Source: Amoebidium appalachense
Taxonomy: Eukaryota; Protista; Ichthyosporea
Reading direction: 5' to 3'
DNA: 64,000 nt
Assembly: GCA_963693365.1 (NCBI GenBank)
Contig: CAVNZM010000005.1
Span: 9,156,334-9,220,333, forward strand
Each line of letters starts with the position of its first letter. The first letter of the stretch is position 1. The notes under the pieces are model-generated. The model was given only the letters and a program-made list of their open reading frames with translations. It did not search any database and was not told the DNA's origin. This document shows positions 1 to 10,630 of this stretch, one piece after another. A program made the translations under genes and the position numbers.

Positions 1-634
1 TCCGTGTTTGCTCAATATCTGAGGCATCCATTCCTACAGCTTGCATATGACTATTGGCCCTTTCCTCCCTCAATAGCTGTACCTTCTCTCTGTACATCGG
101 GTCTAGTTCCATTCGGATGGGACATGCATCCTTTGTTAATTTCAGTTTTCCATTCTTAACAGTAATATCATCATCGGTGAAATGTGCCTCGCATACAACC
201 AGTTGCTTAAGGATAGCCAGTGGCCAGGGGACTTCCACCTTCGGTTGCCCCCGTTTCCTCTTTGGTTGTGGTTCTTGTGCCGACTGCTCAGCTGGCACAG
301 CCGAGTCATTGGCATTTTCGGATTGTGTGTCAGCTGTGTGTGTCTCAGTAGTGGTTGTGTCTGTATTTACGTTTGTCCCATCCGAGGCCTTTGGCCTTGT
401 GTCTGTGTGTGTGTCTGGGTCGGGGGGTGCTTGCTTTGTGTGTTCTGCTATTTGTTTCCGCTCATACTTTGTTTGCTCCTGCCTGCCTATAGCATTTAAC
501 CAAGCATGCCTCCTAGCCAATACATTTGGTTTGCATCCATATGGAACAGTAAAAAGCTTTATCTTCCTGGTAGGATCTTTGGGAGAGACTGTTTCTTCGT
601 CATTTTTGCAGTAGTTAGCCGCGCAAGTTGGCAT
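1..634 (-). CDS. THAP (C2CH zinc-finger) domain protein, 5' part only; probable DNA-transposon protein (P-element/Kolobok/PIF-type association)
   Basis: Manual translation from the ATG at 634 is open to the window edge (211 codons): MPTCAANYCKN...KLFTVP...RRHAWLNAIGR...[~90 aa insert]...LVVCEAHFTDDDITVKNGKLKLTKDACP. All THAP hallmarks are present: CxxxxC, P, W, CxxHF and an AVP-like box. It is absent from the ORF track because there is no stop in the window. Confidence 0.85.
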   Translation of the reverse strand, partial: MPTCAANYCKNDEETVSPKDPTRKIKLFTVPYGCKPNVLARRHAWLNAIGRQEQTKYERKQIAEHTKQAPPDPDTHTDTRPKASDGTNVNTDTTTTETHTADTQSENANDSAVPAEQSAQEPQPKRKRGQPKVEVPWPLAILKQLVVCEAHFTDDDITVKNGKLKLTKDACPIRMELDPMYREKVQLLREERANSHMQAVGMDASDIEQTR

Positions 635-1191
635 TGTGAGTGCCTAACATATATAGTTAGAAAACAACCCGCCTTCATGAAAAATGTGCAGCGCAGTTTT
701 GTCCGGACACGTGTGTGGCATGCCGTGTGTACATGGTATAGCTCGGCCACACGATCTTAGGTGCCCAATAGGCAGATCAAGCCCACTCAATCCAGATAGA
801 TATCGATCTGAGCGGCGCCAGAAAGTATTCGAGCCGTGCGATCCCGTAAGGAATCGAGTAGAATTAATGAGGAATGTAGGTTACTATATTTGGGAAACTA
901 TAACGAGATATGATTGGACAACGTATTTAGACATGAACGCAAACAACAATACCTGTGTGCGGGCTAAATGGCTCGATGTGTACACAGATCTAAGATATCT
1001 GTGCACACGGAAACGGAAAGGAAAGAAAGAAAGGAAGAAAGGAAAGGAAACGAACTACAACAAACTAATAAACATGTGTAAAACTCAACTTCTAAGTCTT
1101 GCCGTTAACCATGGGTAGATGACAGGGGGAGGGCTCTATTAATCATATTTTTCCCCTCTTTTTTTTTGTCCTGTTTGGAAAGGGGGAAAGT

Positions 1192-1248
<57 letters not shown>

Positions 1249-2935
1249 GGAATATATTTAGTCATTAATTCTAAGTCGCGCGCTAATAATATATTGCGTC
1301 ATTCTTTCAACATAACAGCTGCAGCGAGTAGCATATCGTGTTTGCAGAAGAACACAGGGACACTCGTACGGGGAGCCCCTACGTTTCATAAGTAATTTAA
1401 CGTAATAACTTATTAACTTTTATAATACAAAAAGTCTTGCTATTACTGAATAATATGAATGGGCCGGCATAGTGATAGCCAAGGTGGATGTACTGACCAT
1501 ATATCATAAGTAAATTGCCCGCCGTATACGTGGTACAGTGTAGTCTGCTGTAGTGTATATATACCAACACCTTGCTCAGCAATTGGTCGTATTCTGTTGT
1601 TAGTCTAAAGTTAAATAGTATGCCATTTTTCATAGCTATATACTTGATATTTTATGGGGTCTCCATGTGTAAGAGTCGTGTGTCCCAGTGCAGACAACTA
1701 GAGTCATTCATAACTCATATAAACATACTGTACTATGGCTGTTTTCCGGAGTCATAATATTATGTCGTTGGCATGGATGAGCCTCGTGGTACTATGGTCT
1801 TATTTATACAACGTTTCGGGCAGTCTCATACGGTACTTCTATTTTTCGACTGTCTTGTTTTTTTATCCCCCTTTTTGTTTCCGGGGAAAGGGGCGGAGGG
1901 GGGGGGGGGGGGGGGGGGGGGGAGGGGAGGGGGGGAGGGGGGAGGGAAGGGGGGGGAGAGAGGGCGGGGGAGAGGAGGGGGAGGGCTAAAGGGTTCCTCG
2001 TGGGAACTTTAATGATAAGTCGTCCTCTCGGAACCAACTCGTGACGCTGTCCAGGTAGCTGAAGGTGCAAGCAGCTAAGCTAGCACACCTCTACCAATCT
2101 TAGCTAACTATACTGTACTTATAGCACACACTTTGCCCAGGGCTTTTGCCCCCAGAGGCGCCTTGCAATGTGGGGATGATAAATGGATCATAGTGCCATA
2201 TTTCTGGGGAGTTGTAGTAGAATGATTTACCAAAGTGGTCGTATGTGCAATGCTCGGTGGAGGTGGGGGGGTGGGGGGGGTGGGGGGGGGGGGGGGGGGC
2301 TTGCAGGGGTTTGGGTACTTTCAGAAAGTTTTCTGGAGAGGATCCCGGGGGGAGAGGGGAGGAGGGGGGGGAGGGGGGGGGGGGGGGGGGGGTAGAAGGA
2401 GAGCGAGAAGAAGGAGAGGGAGACAGTCAAACGAAACTAGAAAGCTAAATGTGTGAGAACAGCTAATCGCTTTCGCAGCCATCTCATCTATCGATTTTCT
2501 GCCTTTAATTAAAGCGGAAGAACTGAAAGCAGGTGAGTCGATGTGTCCTCTTTCCAACTTTTATCTTTCAGCAAGGCGGGATGGATAGTTCACCCCTGGA
2601 CCGGCTTGAACACCCCCGAAGGCTCCTTCACATTGCTTCACATTTCTTGAGAGAGAGAGAGAGAGGGGGGGGGGGGGGGGGGGGGGAGAGGGAGAGGGAG
2701 AGAGGGAGAGAGGTTTTTTTGAACTTAGCCCTTTCTGCACTCCACTTTTTCCCCTGAGGCTCAGTTGGACCCCACCATCTCTCTTTTCATGCATGCACAC
2801 CCACACCAAATATTTAACAAGAAGTAAGATAACCTGCCCCTTTTGCCCCATTCTAGCTCTGTAACATACAGCTGTGGCAGTGAATTGAGTGCATAATCAC
2901 AAGTTCATCTCCTTGTGCTTTGTGGCGGCTTTTTC

Positions 2936-3492
<557 letters not shown>

Positions 3493-3797
3493 TTTTTGGC
3501 ACGTGCCCGAACGGTTTAGGGGAAAGGAGTAGCTTTGTGCTTGTTAGGGGCTGGAATTCCTGCCAGTCAAAGGGGGAGGGTTGAGAGGAGGAGCAGAGTG
3601 AGATAGCGTCAACGTTTAGTGGGTCAATAATGCTTTACAAGCAAAGATTTTAATCATTCGATTAGATGGCCCAACACAAGTGGCACAATAAGACTGCTAC
3701 AAGCAGCCTGTTACTCTATCTGAATCATTCGTATGACTGCTCAATTGTGAAACAGTACATATTTTCATACGAGTAGGCATCATGTTTACAGCACAAA

Positions 3798-4475
3798 TTA
3801 CTGGTCAGCACCCTCGCCCACGTAGGGCACCTCCTCTCCATCCACCACCAGATTCTCCTCACCCACAGCACTTCCCTCGATAGCATCATCATTGCCAGCA
3901 GACGCAGCAACGGGGGATGCGTTCGAGGTCACTGGAACCTGAGCGGGGCGTGGCACACTGACGGGGGCGGGGGCTGGTTGAGCAGGGACCACATGGCGCG
4001 CGGGGGCAGGGGCTGGCTTTGTGGCCGGGCGGGACACGGGGGCGGGGTTGTCGGCACAGCAGCCCCGGGCCCAGCCCTTCCAGCCCTGGCCGGCTGGGCA
4101 CGTGGGCACGGCGCAGCAGCGGCCGGTGCGTGGGTCCCACGTCTGGTTGAACGGGCAGTCGTTTCGGCAGCAGCCGGCCGCCCAGCCCTTCCAGGCCTGG
4201 CCGGGCGCACACTCGGGAATGGCGCGGCAGCCCGTGCGCCACTGCCACTGGCCCTGAGGGCACGACCCCCACAGGTTGGCGCCTGCTGGCTTCCCGGCCC
4301 ATGGGCCCCAGTTCCAGCCCCAGCCCCAGTTGGTGGCCGCGGACGCACTGCTGGGCTTGGCCGTGGTCGTGGCGGTGCCGGACGGGTTCCATCCCCACCA
4401 CGTGTTGGGGCCCCACGTGGCCTCTGTCTGCTGCGCCGTGACGGCCAAAAGGGCGCCAAAGAGGATGGGCTGCGT
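3798..4475 (-). CDS. Secreted Trp/Cys-rich repeat protein with Pro/Ala linker and acidic tail (~225 aa); start codon uncertain (ACG at 4475)
   Basis: High GC3 coding bias. Signal-peptide-like QPILFGALLAVTAQQTEA. Repeats CAPGQAWKGWAAGCC / CPFNQTWDPRTGRCC / CPAGQGWKGWARGCC. The ORF contains no in-frame ATG. Confidence 0.75.
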   Translation of the reverse strand, partial: TQPILFGALLAVTAQQTEATWGPNTWWGWNPSGTATTTAKPSSASAATNWGWGWNWGPWAGKPAGANLWGSCPQGQWQWRTGCRAIPECAPGQAWKGWAAGCCRNDCPFNQTWDPRTGRCCAVPTCPAGQGWKGWARGCCADNPAPVSRPATKPAPAPARHVVPAQPAPAPVSVPRPAQVPVTSNASPVAASAGNDDAIEGSAVGEENLVVDGEEVPYVGEGADQ

Positions 4476-4684
4476 GGTTGTGAGGGTGGGTGGCACAAGA
4501 AATTTAAAAGATGCTGTGTGAATATATATGTTTGTGGTTTGCGGGCTACTGCAGAGAGTCGCTTCAACCCGTGTTTTAGCTAGCGAGGTAGTGTGCAGTA
4601 CTGTGTATTTGGAAACGATGAAAACCCGAAGGGCAAACAGGTTCGCTTTTGTGCTTAGAGAAGTGGTTGGCTGTGGAATTCGAA

Positions 4685-4820
4685 CATACTGAGAAAGCTG
4701 GTGGCAGCTCGATGTTTATATCCTTGCTGGAAGTGTGACGCCTCACTGTGATTGGTTGACACTGTCAAGACGTGTGACTGATTGGTCGACTCATGACTGA
4801 GTCATGATTCATGAGTCATA
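4685..4820 (-). promoter_or_regulatory. Putative promoter of the Trp/Cys-rich gene: TATA, Inr-like TCAGT, two CCAAT boxes, clustered TGA(G/C)TCA-like sites
   Basis: Minus-strand TATAAA at ~4714-4721 and TCAGT ~27 nt downstream. GATTGG at ~4750 and ~4780. gactcatgactgagtcatgattcatgagtcat at ~4788-4819. Confidence 0.5.
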
Positions 4821-5566
4821 GGTTGAATAAGGGCCGCTAACGGTTGATGGGACTGCACTTGTCGAGAGTTTAAACAATATAATAAGTCTCAACAAATACA
4901 ATTTATTAGGGTTTCTGTTCTTGCAAGTCTTCTTTTTCCATGGTCACATGCTACACACATTTTAAAACAAAGGTTTATATGGGCCATCACTTAGACACTT
5001 ACAGACACTTACTCAGCGGCGAGCGCAGGCGGATCTTGTCAGTGGACAGTGATGCGAGTCGGAAATCGGATTAGATGCTTGTAACTTTGTTTATTCAATG
5101 GTATGCATCTGGGATAAAAACGTTTCGACCGATCGATTGGTCGAGGTTTTCTCGGTTCTTCCCCGTTTAGCTAATTAGCCCATTTTTTGGTACAGTTCTA
5201 GGTTTGAAAAGCCAAAAAAACAAAAAGCAAACCGTTATTATGGTGAAAACCCTCAGCGTTAGCTTTGCAATGAAATACATGTACATCAAAAACCGCACCA
5301 CACAACACGCACAAACAGGACAGCACCGTGTGAAAAAACACTCGTACATCGATAGTCGTGATCACACATGAAATGTAAAAATGACCTCCATCTTCCGGGC
5401 GTACGGCCTGTATTCGAAGCCTGAAGACTGGGTGCCTGTATGAGCGCTGTGACGTATGTAGTCGCTCTCTAAGACCGTGGAGTCTGGTTCTGTTTCCTCT
5501 GGCTACTAAGGTCTGATTCCTGGAAGTGGTACGGTAGGAACTGCATGAAAGGAAGAGTGGCCATGG

Positions 5567-5601
<35 letters not shown>

Positions 5602-5767
5602 GTTCGATGCCTTTTTGTAGCGCTAACCGTGTAGGAGGAACGGGTACTAAGGGGAGGGGTGGATCTGTAACGTGAGAACCCCCGTCCCCCCGCCTCAGCC
5701 TACTGTCCCCAACATACACACACACATAATAAATCATTATGCACACATGTACACACGCCCCCATTCT

Positions 5768-5831
5768 TTCTCTCCCTCTCTCTCTCCTCTCAGCACTCTC
5801 TCTTTCTCTCCTCACACACACACACACACAC

Positions 5832-5879
<48 letters not shown>

Positions 5880-5885
5880 CTCTCT

Positions 5886-5928
<43 letters not shown>

Positions 5929-5938
5929 CTCTCTCTAT

Positions 5939-5975
<37 letters not shown>

Positions 5976-5987
5976 TCCCTCTCTCCC

Positions 5988-6049
<62 letters not shown>

Positions 6050-6053
6050 GATG

Positions 6054-6139
<86 letters not shown>

Positions 6140-6190
6140 CCCTTCTCCCTCCTCTGTCTCTTTCTTTCTCTCTCCCTCCCTCCCTCCCTC

Positions 6191-6286
<96 letters not shown>

Positions 6287-6323
6287 ACTCTCTCTCTCTC
6301 TCTCTCTCTCCCCCTTTCTCTCC

Positions 6324-6367
<44 letters not shown>

Positions 6368-6385
6368 CCCCCCCCCTCTCTCTCC

Positions 6386-6417
<32 letters not shown>

Positions 6418-6470
6418 CCCCCCCTCTCCCTCTCTCTCTCTCCCTCTCTCGCTCCCCTCCCCCCCCTCCC
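5768..6470. repeat. Compound (CT)n/(CA)n/poly-C microsatellite
   Basis: Direct inspection of the sequence. Confidence 0.95.
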
Positions 6471-7277
6471 CTACTAATACATCGTGATGTTGAAGTTATG
6501 ATCGATATTCTCATCGGTGCCTACTGATTTATAATAGCTACAGGGTCGAGTTTAATTTAGTGAGCCTTGCCGGCCTATTCGGGTAGAAGCATAATAATTC
6601 TTTATATCCTAGCCTAACCCCCTCCCCTCCCTCCCCCCTCCCCCGGCCCTTAAGCTTCCGCACTCCACCCTGCCCGGCTGACCGCGGCCCTGCACAGGGT
6701 GTTACATGTTCATCCTATATAGTAGTTTCCGGGGGCACTTGGGCAACGATGTATTTTCTTTTTCTTGAAGTATCACCCTTCAAACGGTGTGCATCAATAC
6801 CTTTAGTATCAATGAAAACAAAATGCTTCCAGGTTCTGCTTGAATTTGTTTCCACGAGACCGTATTAAATGAGTGATGTGTCCACTCCGCGGATGAATCA
6901 CGGTACCACCCCAATCATCAAGTGCATTCGTACATACTGTAATATTTAGGGCTCAAGGAGCACTTGCAATTGCAAGGCTGGCCAAAAGCATGACATCGTA
7001 TTTATGGTGTTTATATTTATTATATTTATATCGATGTAATGATATCAACAACTGCTACGCCCAACGTATACGTAGCTCACACGACACAATGAGCTAATTA
7101 TGCACACTGCAGGTCAAGCAAAGCGTACGAACGTTGCATTCTGCGTTGTGTATACAAAAACACGTACGGACCTAATCGGGATTAAAACTAAGCCGCGTTA
7201 ATGTGATAAATGAGTATGTTTATTGTGATATTCTGGGTGGCTTATAGATTATATACATGACAAATCATTTTTTCTTC

Positions 7278-7661
7278 TTAAGGTGAGTTGTAGTAGAAGG
7301 GCTTGCAGCAGTAGTCGTATGTGCAGTGCTCGGTGGAGCCTGGGCGGGGCTTGCAGCGTAGCACGCCGCCTGTCTTGGGGTCTTTCTCGTACATGGACCC
7401 CGGCAGACACGCGACGATTGTGTTGCAGGGCACGTACGAGGGCGGCACGGCGCAGCAATAGGCGATGGTGCAGGGCTGCATGGTGGCTGTGCGGGGCTTG
7501 CAGCGCATGACGCCGTGTGTCTTGGGGTCCTTGTTGTAGACGTTGCATTCGACCTTGCTGTCACACGGAACAAGTGACGATGTGGTGTCGCGACGAGCTG
7601 CATCTGCTGTGCTGGCGGCCGCAAGGGCGGCAAAAGCGGCGAAAACGACCTTCATCCCCAT
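7278..7661 (-). CDS. Small secreted Cys-rich protein, copy A (127 aa, 12 Cys in two 6-Cys repeats)
   Basis: Signal peptide MGMKVVFAAFAALAAASTADA, then RR, then two VPC...KDPKTxGVxRCKPR...CTxxYCC repeats. Near-identical paralog at 8220-8603. Confidence 0.85.
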   Translation of the reverse strand: MGMKVVFAAFAALAAASTADAARRDTTSSLVPCDSKVECNVYNKDPKTHGVMRCKPRTATMQPCTIAYCCAVPPSYVPCNTIVACLPGSMYEKDPKTGGVLRCKPRPGSTEHCTYDYCCKPFYYNSP

Positions 7662-7744
7662 TTTCTTTGGTTTGGCGCAATAAGTTTGAAAGGTACTTGT
7701 GTGTGTTTTTGAGTATATATGCTGCAACTGACCTGGCAGCATGG

Positions 7745-8135
7745 CATTATAAATCACCTTGGAAAGCCCAATAACAAATCAGATAAAGGTCTAGAAAAAG
7801 AAACAAAACGTTGTGAATGGAATGTTCTTGTTCAATCTATGTATGCTGCACGGCTACAACGGCCCAAGAAAGAGCGGTGATTATTTTGTTTAAATCCCGC
7901 TGGCTCATAGAAATTTTCCGGTGCCGTTTTTTGCGTTTTATGAAGGACTTTTTTGATGCTTTTTCGCCCCACTATTTAGCATTCAGTTTAGGCTTCATTG
8001 AAAAATCGCACTGCTCACGTTCGACAGCTTGAATCAAGCATTCCAAAGCATAATTAATTTGATTGGTGCGTCTGTTTTGATAGATGACGATCTTTCTGAT
8101 TGGTTCATGTCCTAGATCCACTGGGTATATAAATC
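7745..8135. promoter_or_regulatory. Divergent promoter region with a CCAAT + TATA set facing each Cys-rich gene
   Basis: Minus side: TATA-like ttataaat ~7747 with ccaat ~7769. Plus side: gattgg ~8061 and ~8098, then tatataaa ~8127. Confidence 0.5.
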
Positions 8136-8219
8136 AGACGCGGGGCACTCAATTGACCACTACATTGCGTTCAACATACAACAAAGCCCATACAACGCAC
8201 TTACCCTCAAGCCTCGAAA

Positions 8220-8603
8220 ATGGTGATGAAGGTCGTTTTCGCCGCTTTTGCCGCCCTTACGGCCGCCAGCACAGCCGATGCGGCACGCCGCGAGACCACG
8301 TCATCGCTTGTTCCGTGCGACAGCAAGGTGGACTGCAACGTCTACAACAAGGACCCCAAAACGCACGGCGTCATGCGCTGCAAGCCCCGTACAGCCACCA
8401 TGCAGCCCTGCACCATCGCCTACTGCTGCGCCGTGCCGCCCTCGTACGTGCCCTGCAACACGGTCGTCGCGTGTCTGCCGGGGTCCACGTACGAGAAAGA
8501 CCCCAAGACAGGCGGCATGCTCCGTTGCAAGCCCCGCCCCGACTCCACCGAGCACTGCACATTCGACTACTGCTGCAAGCCCTTCTACTACAACTCCCCA
8601 TAA
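8220..8603 (+). CDS. Small secreted Cys-rich protein, copy B (127 aa)
   Basis: Same length and Cys pattern as copy A, with only a handful of amino-acid substitutions. Strong GC3 bias. Confidence 0.85.
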   Translation: MVMKVVFAAFAALTAASTADAARRETTSSLVPCDSKVDCNVYNKDPKTHGVMRCKPRTATMQPCTIAYCCAVPPSYVPCNTVVACLPGSTYEKDPKTGGMLRCKPRPDSTEHCTFDYCCKPFYYNSP

Positions 8604-8886
8604 ACACAGGAGAGGAGAATCAGCATCAATTGCTAGGTTAATTAGCTTCATAGTGTATAATAAATAATTTGGCTTTGCTTTTTAATTATTGTAGTGCAAT
8701 AGATAGGTATACAGTGTATAGCATCTTTTGCCTCTGAGCGATCTCTGTATCCGCAAGCGTGGCAATTTATCATCTAAATTAATGATATCTTCCTGCTATG
8801 TATGATGACGGGCCGGGCGCGCAAGAGCAAACGAAGCAAAAAAACACGAGTGTGATGTATGTTTTTTTACCAGTATTGCGAGCAGT

Positions 8887-9078
8887 CTAAGTGAGTACTT
8901 GTTCAAGCATATGTACGATAACCGACACGAGCAGTGTTACTAGTGCCATGTACAACATCACAGGTCCTGGTGGCGCCACGTGATTCTTGACGTGTGTGGC
9001 CTGCATATTGCTCTGCTCACGCGTATATATGTGATGCCGGTCCTCCAATCGAGGCTCATCTCTGGGTACGCTTGCCAT
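8887..9078 (-). CDS. Candidate 63-aa small protein with C-terminal hydrophobic segment
   Basis: accATGg context. Sequence MASVPRDEPRLEDRHH...VMLYMALVTLLVSVIVHMLEQVLT. No recognisable family. Confidence 0.25.
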   Translation of the reverse strand: MASVPRDEPRLEDRHHIYTREQSNMQATHVKNHVAPPGPVMLYMALVTLLVSVIVHMLEQVLT

Positions 9079-9145
9079 GGTGCTTATGTGTGTGTGTGCG
9101 TGTGTGCATGTGTGTAGCGTGTGTGTGTGTGTGTGTGTGTGTGTT

Positions 9146-9190
<45 letters not shown>

Positions 9191-9219
9191 GCGTGTGTGC
9201 GTGTGTGCGTGTGTGTGCG

Positions 9220-9252
<33 letters not shown>

Positions 9253-9985
9253 ACGTTTGTGTGTTTGTACATGTGAGCTTATGTGCACCCTCAGGGAACA
9301 TCACTACATGGTAACACACCTCCCTTTCCAACTTGCTCGTTGCTCAGATGCACATTCATGTGCCGTTCCTACTCCCTTTCCTCCTTTTCCTTTTCGCCCG
9401 GAGTTCCGCCTTCCCTCCCCCCCCCCCCCCCCCCCCCCCCTCCGGGAGAAAAAAGAAACCTTAAATAACCCCCTCCCCACCCCTCCCCCTTTACACATTC
9501 CCGTCCCCTTCCTTCCGGATCCCCCCCTCTCCCTCTCCACCCCTCCTCCCTCCTTCCCTTTCCGCGACCTGCAGCACCACCACAACCCAAGCGAGCGATA
9601 CACACTTGTACAATGTTTACGTCGTGACTACGGGTGTGGCTGATTGTTGCGTTAGCACTTAATTGTGAGCTCCGAAATTTTTCGATGTGATGACGGAGAT
9701 GTCTGTGTGACGTCATAACACGATATATCAATACTAAGTCATACACGTTAACAAGTAACCCTCTCATGAGGTGAAAAACAGCATCCAACGTTCAATCGGA
9801 TTTCATTTCTTCAAATCACTCACAATGTAAGTGTGTCTGGAAGAAAACACCTCTCACTAGAAAAAGTAGTTTTGTTAGTAGGACATACAGACACCTCTTT
9901 TTTTTTTTCCTTGAACACTTTTTTCTTTCTTTTTTGATTGATTTAGAAGACGATATATTACACAGACCTTGAAGCATGCCCTAAC

Positions 9986-10630
9986 ATGGAGCTTCAAGCC
10001 ACACCGGCTGCCCCTACAGACGTTTTAGCCATGGCAACTAATACTCCACACAAAATCGATACCACACCCACACCCACGCATGAGGATTCCAACCCCACGC
10101 CCACTAGTGAAACTTCTCCACCCACACCCACCACACCCACTCACCTTGACCCCCTCCCTATCGTTCTGTTCAACAGTGACCTTCTTCGGCACATCTTCTC
10201 GTATGTTCCGCAGCGCTTACGCACTGCCTGCACGCCCGTGTGCAAACAGTGGTGCCACGTGGCACGCACAGTGCCCCTCCACGTCAAAGTCAAATACGGC
10301 ACACACTGGCCCCAGGTGGAGGCCAGGGTGGGGCCGTGGGGGGGAGCCGTCGCATCGGTGATAATGAAAATGTTATACACAAATTTAGGATACACTGTCA
10401 GGGAGGGGTCGTCGGATATTGATCACGAAATGGCACTGGACCTTGCACGTGAGCGTGTGTCATTTCTGCGTACCAAGTTACCGAAACTGCGTCGTGCTCT
10501 GTTCACCAAACATCACGGTTTATGTTTCAACTGGGGTAGCGAGCCGGGAGTTGTAATTCAATCGCCGAGGGATGACACCACGGCAAACACCACAGAGTGC
10601 ATACGTGATAAACCTTGCAATTTTGAGTGA
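9986..10630 (+). CDS. Intronless F-box domain protein, copy 1
   Basis: Thr/Pro-rich N-terminus, then DPLPIVLFNSDLLRHIFSYVPQRLRTACTPVCKQWCHVA, matching the F-box consensus L..IFSY...VCKxW. Confidence 0.75.
   Translation: MELQATPAAPTDVLAMATNTPHKIDTTPTPTHEDSNPTPTSETSPPTPTTPTHLDPLPIVLFNSDLLRHIFSYVPQRLRTACTPVCKQWCHVARTVPLHVKVKYGTHWPQVEARVGPWGGAVASVIMKMLYTNLGYTVREGSSDIDHEMALDLARERVSFLRTKLPKLRRALFTKHHGLCFNWGSEPGVVIQSPRDDTTANTTECIRDKPCNFE

Noticed and set aside
54-614. 186-aa plus-strand ORF in the track
   Set aside because: It is the antisense shadow of the minus-strand THAP ORF, which carries the recognisable motifs.
1397-1860. AT-richer block with an NNRIRPIAE peptide reminiscent of a non-LTR reverse transcriptase motif
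   Set aside because: Multiple stops in all frames and no other RT motifs.
978-2515. Candidate right terminus of the THAP element (hairpin gtgtacacagat...atctgtgcacac at ~978-1008; cctttaattaaag at ~2502)
   Set aside because: The other end is outside the window, so no TIR or TSD pairing can be verified.
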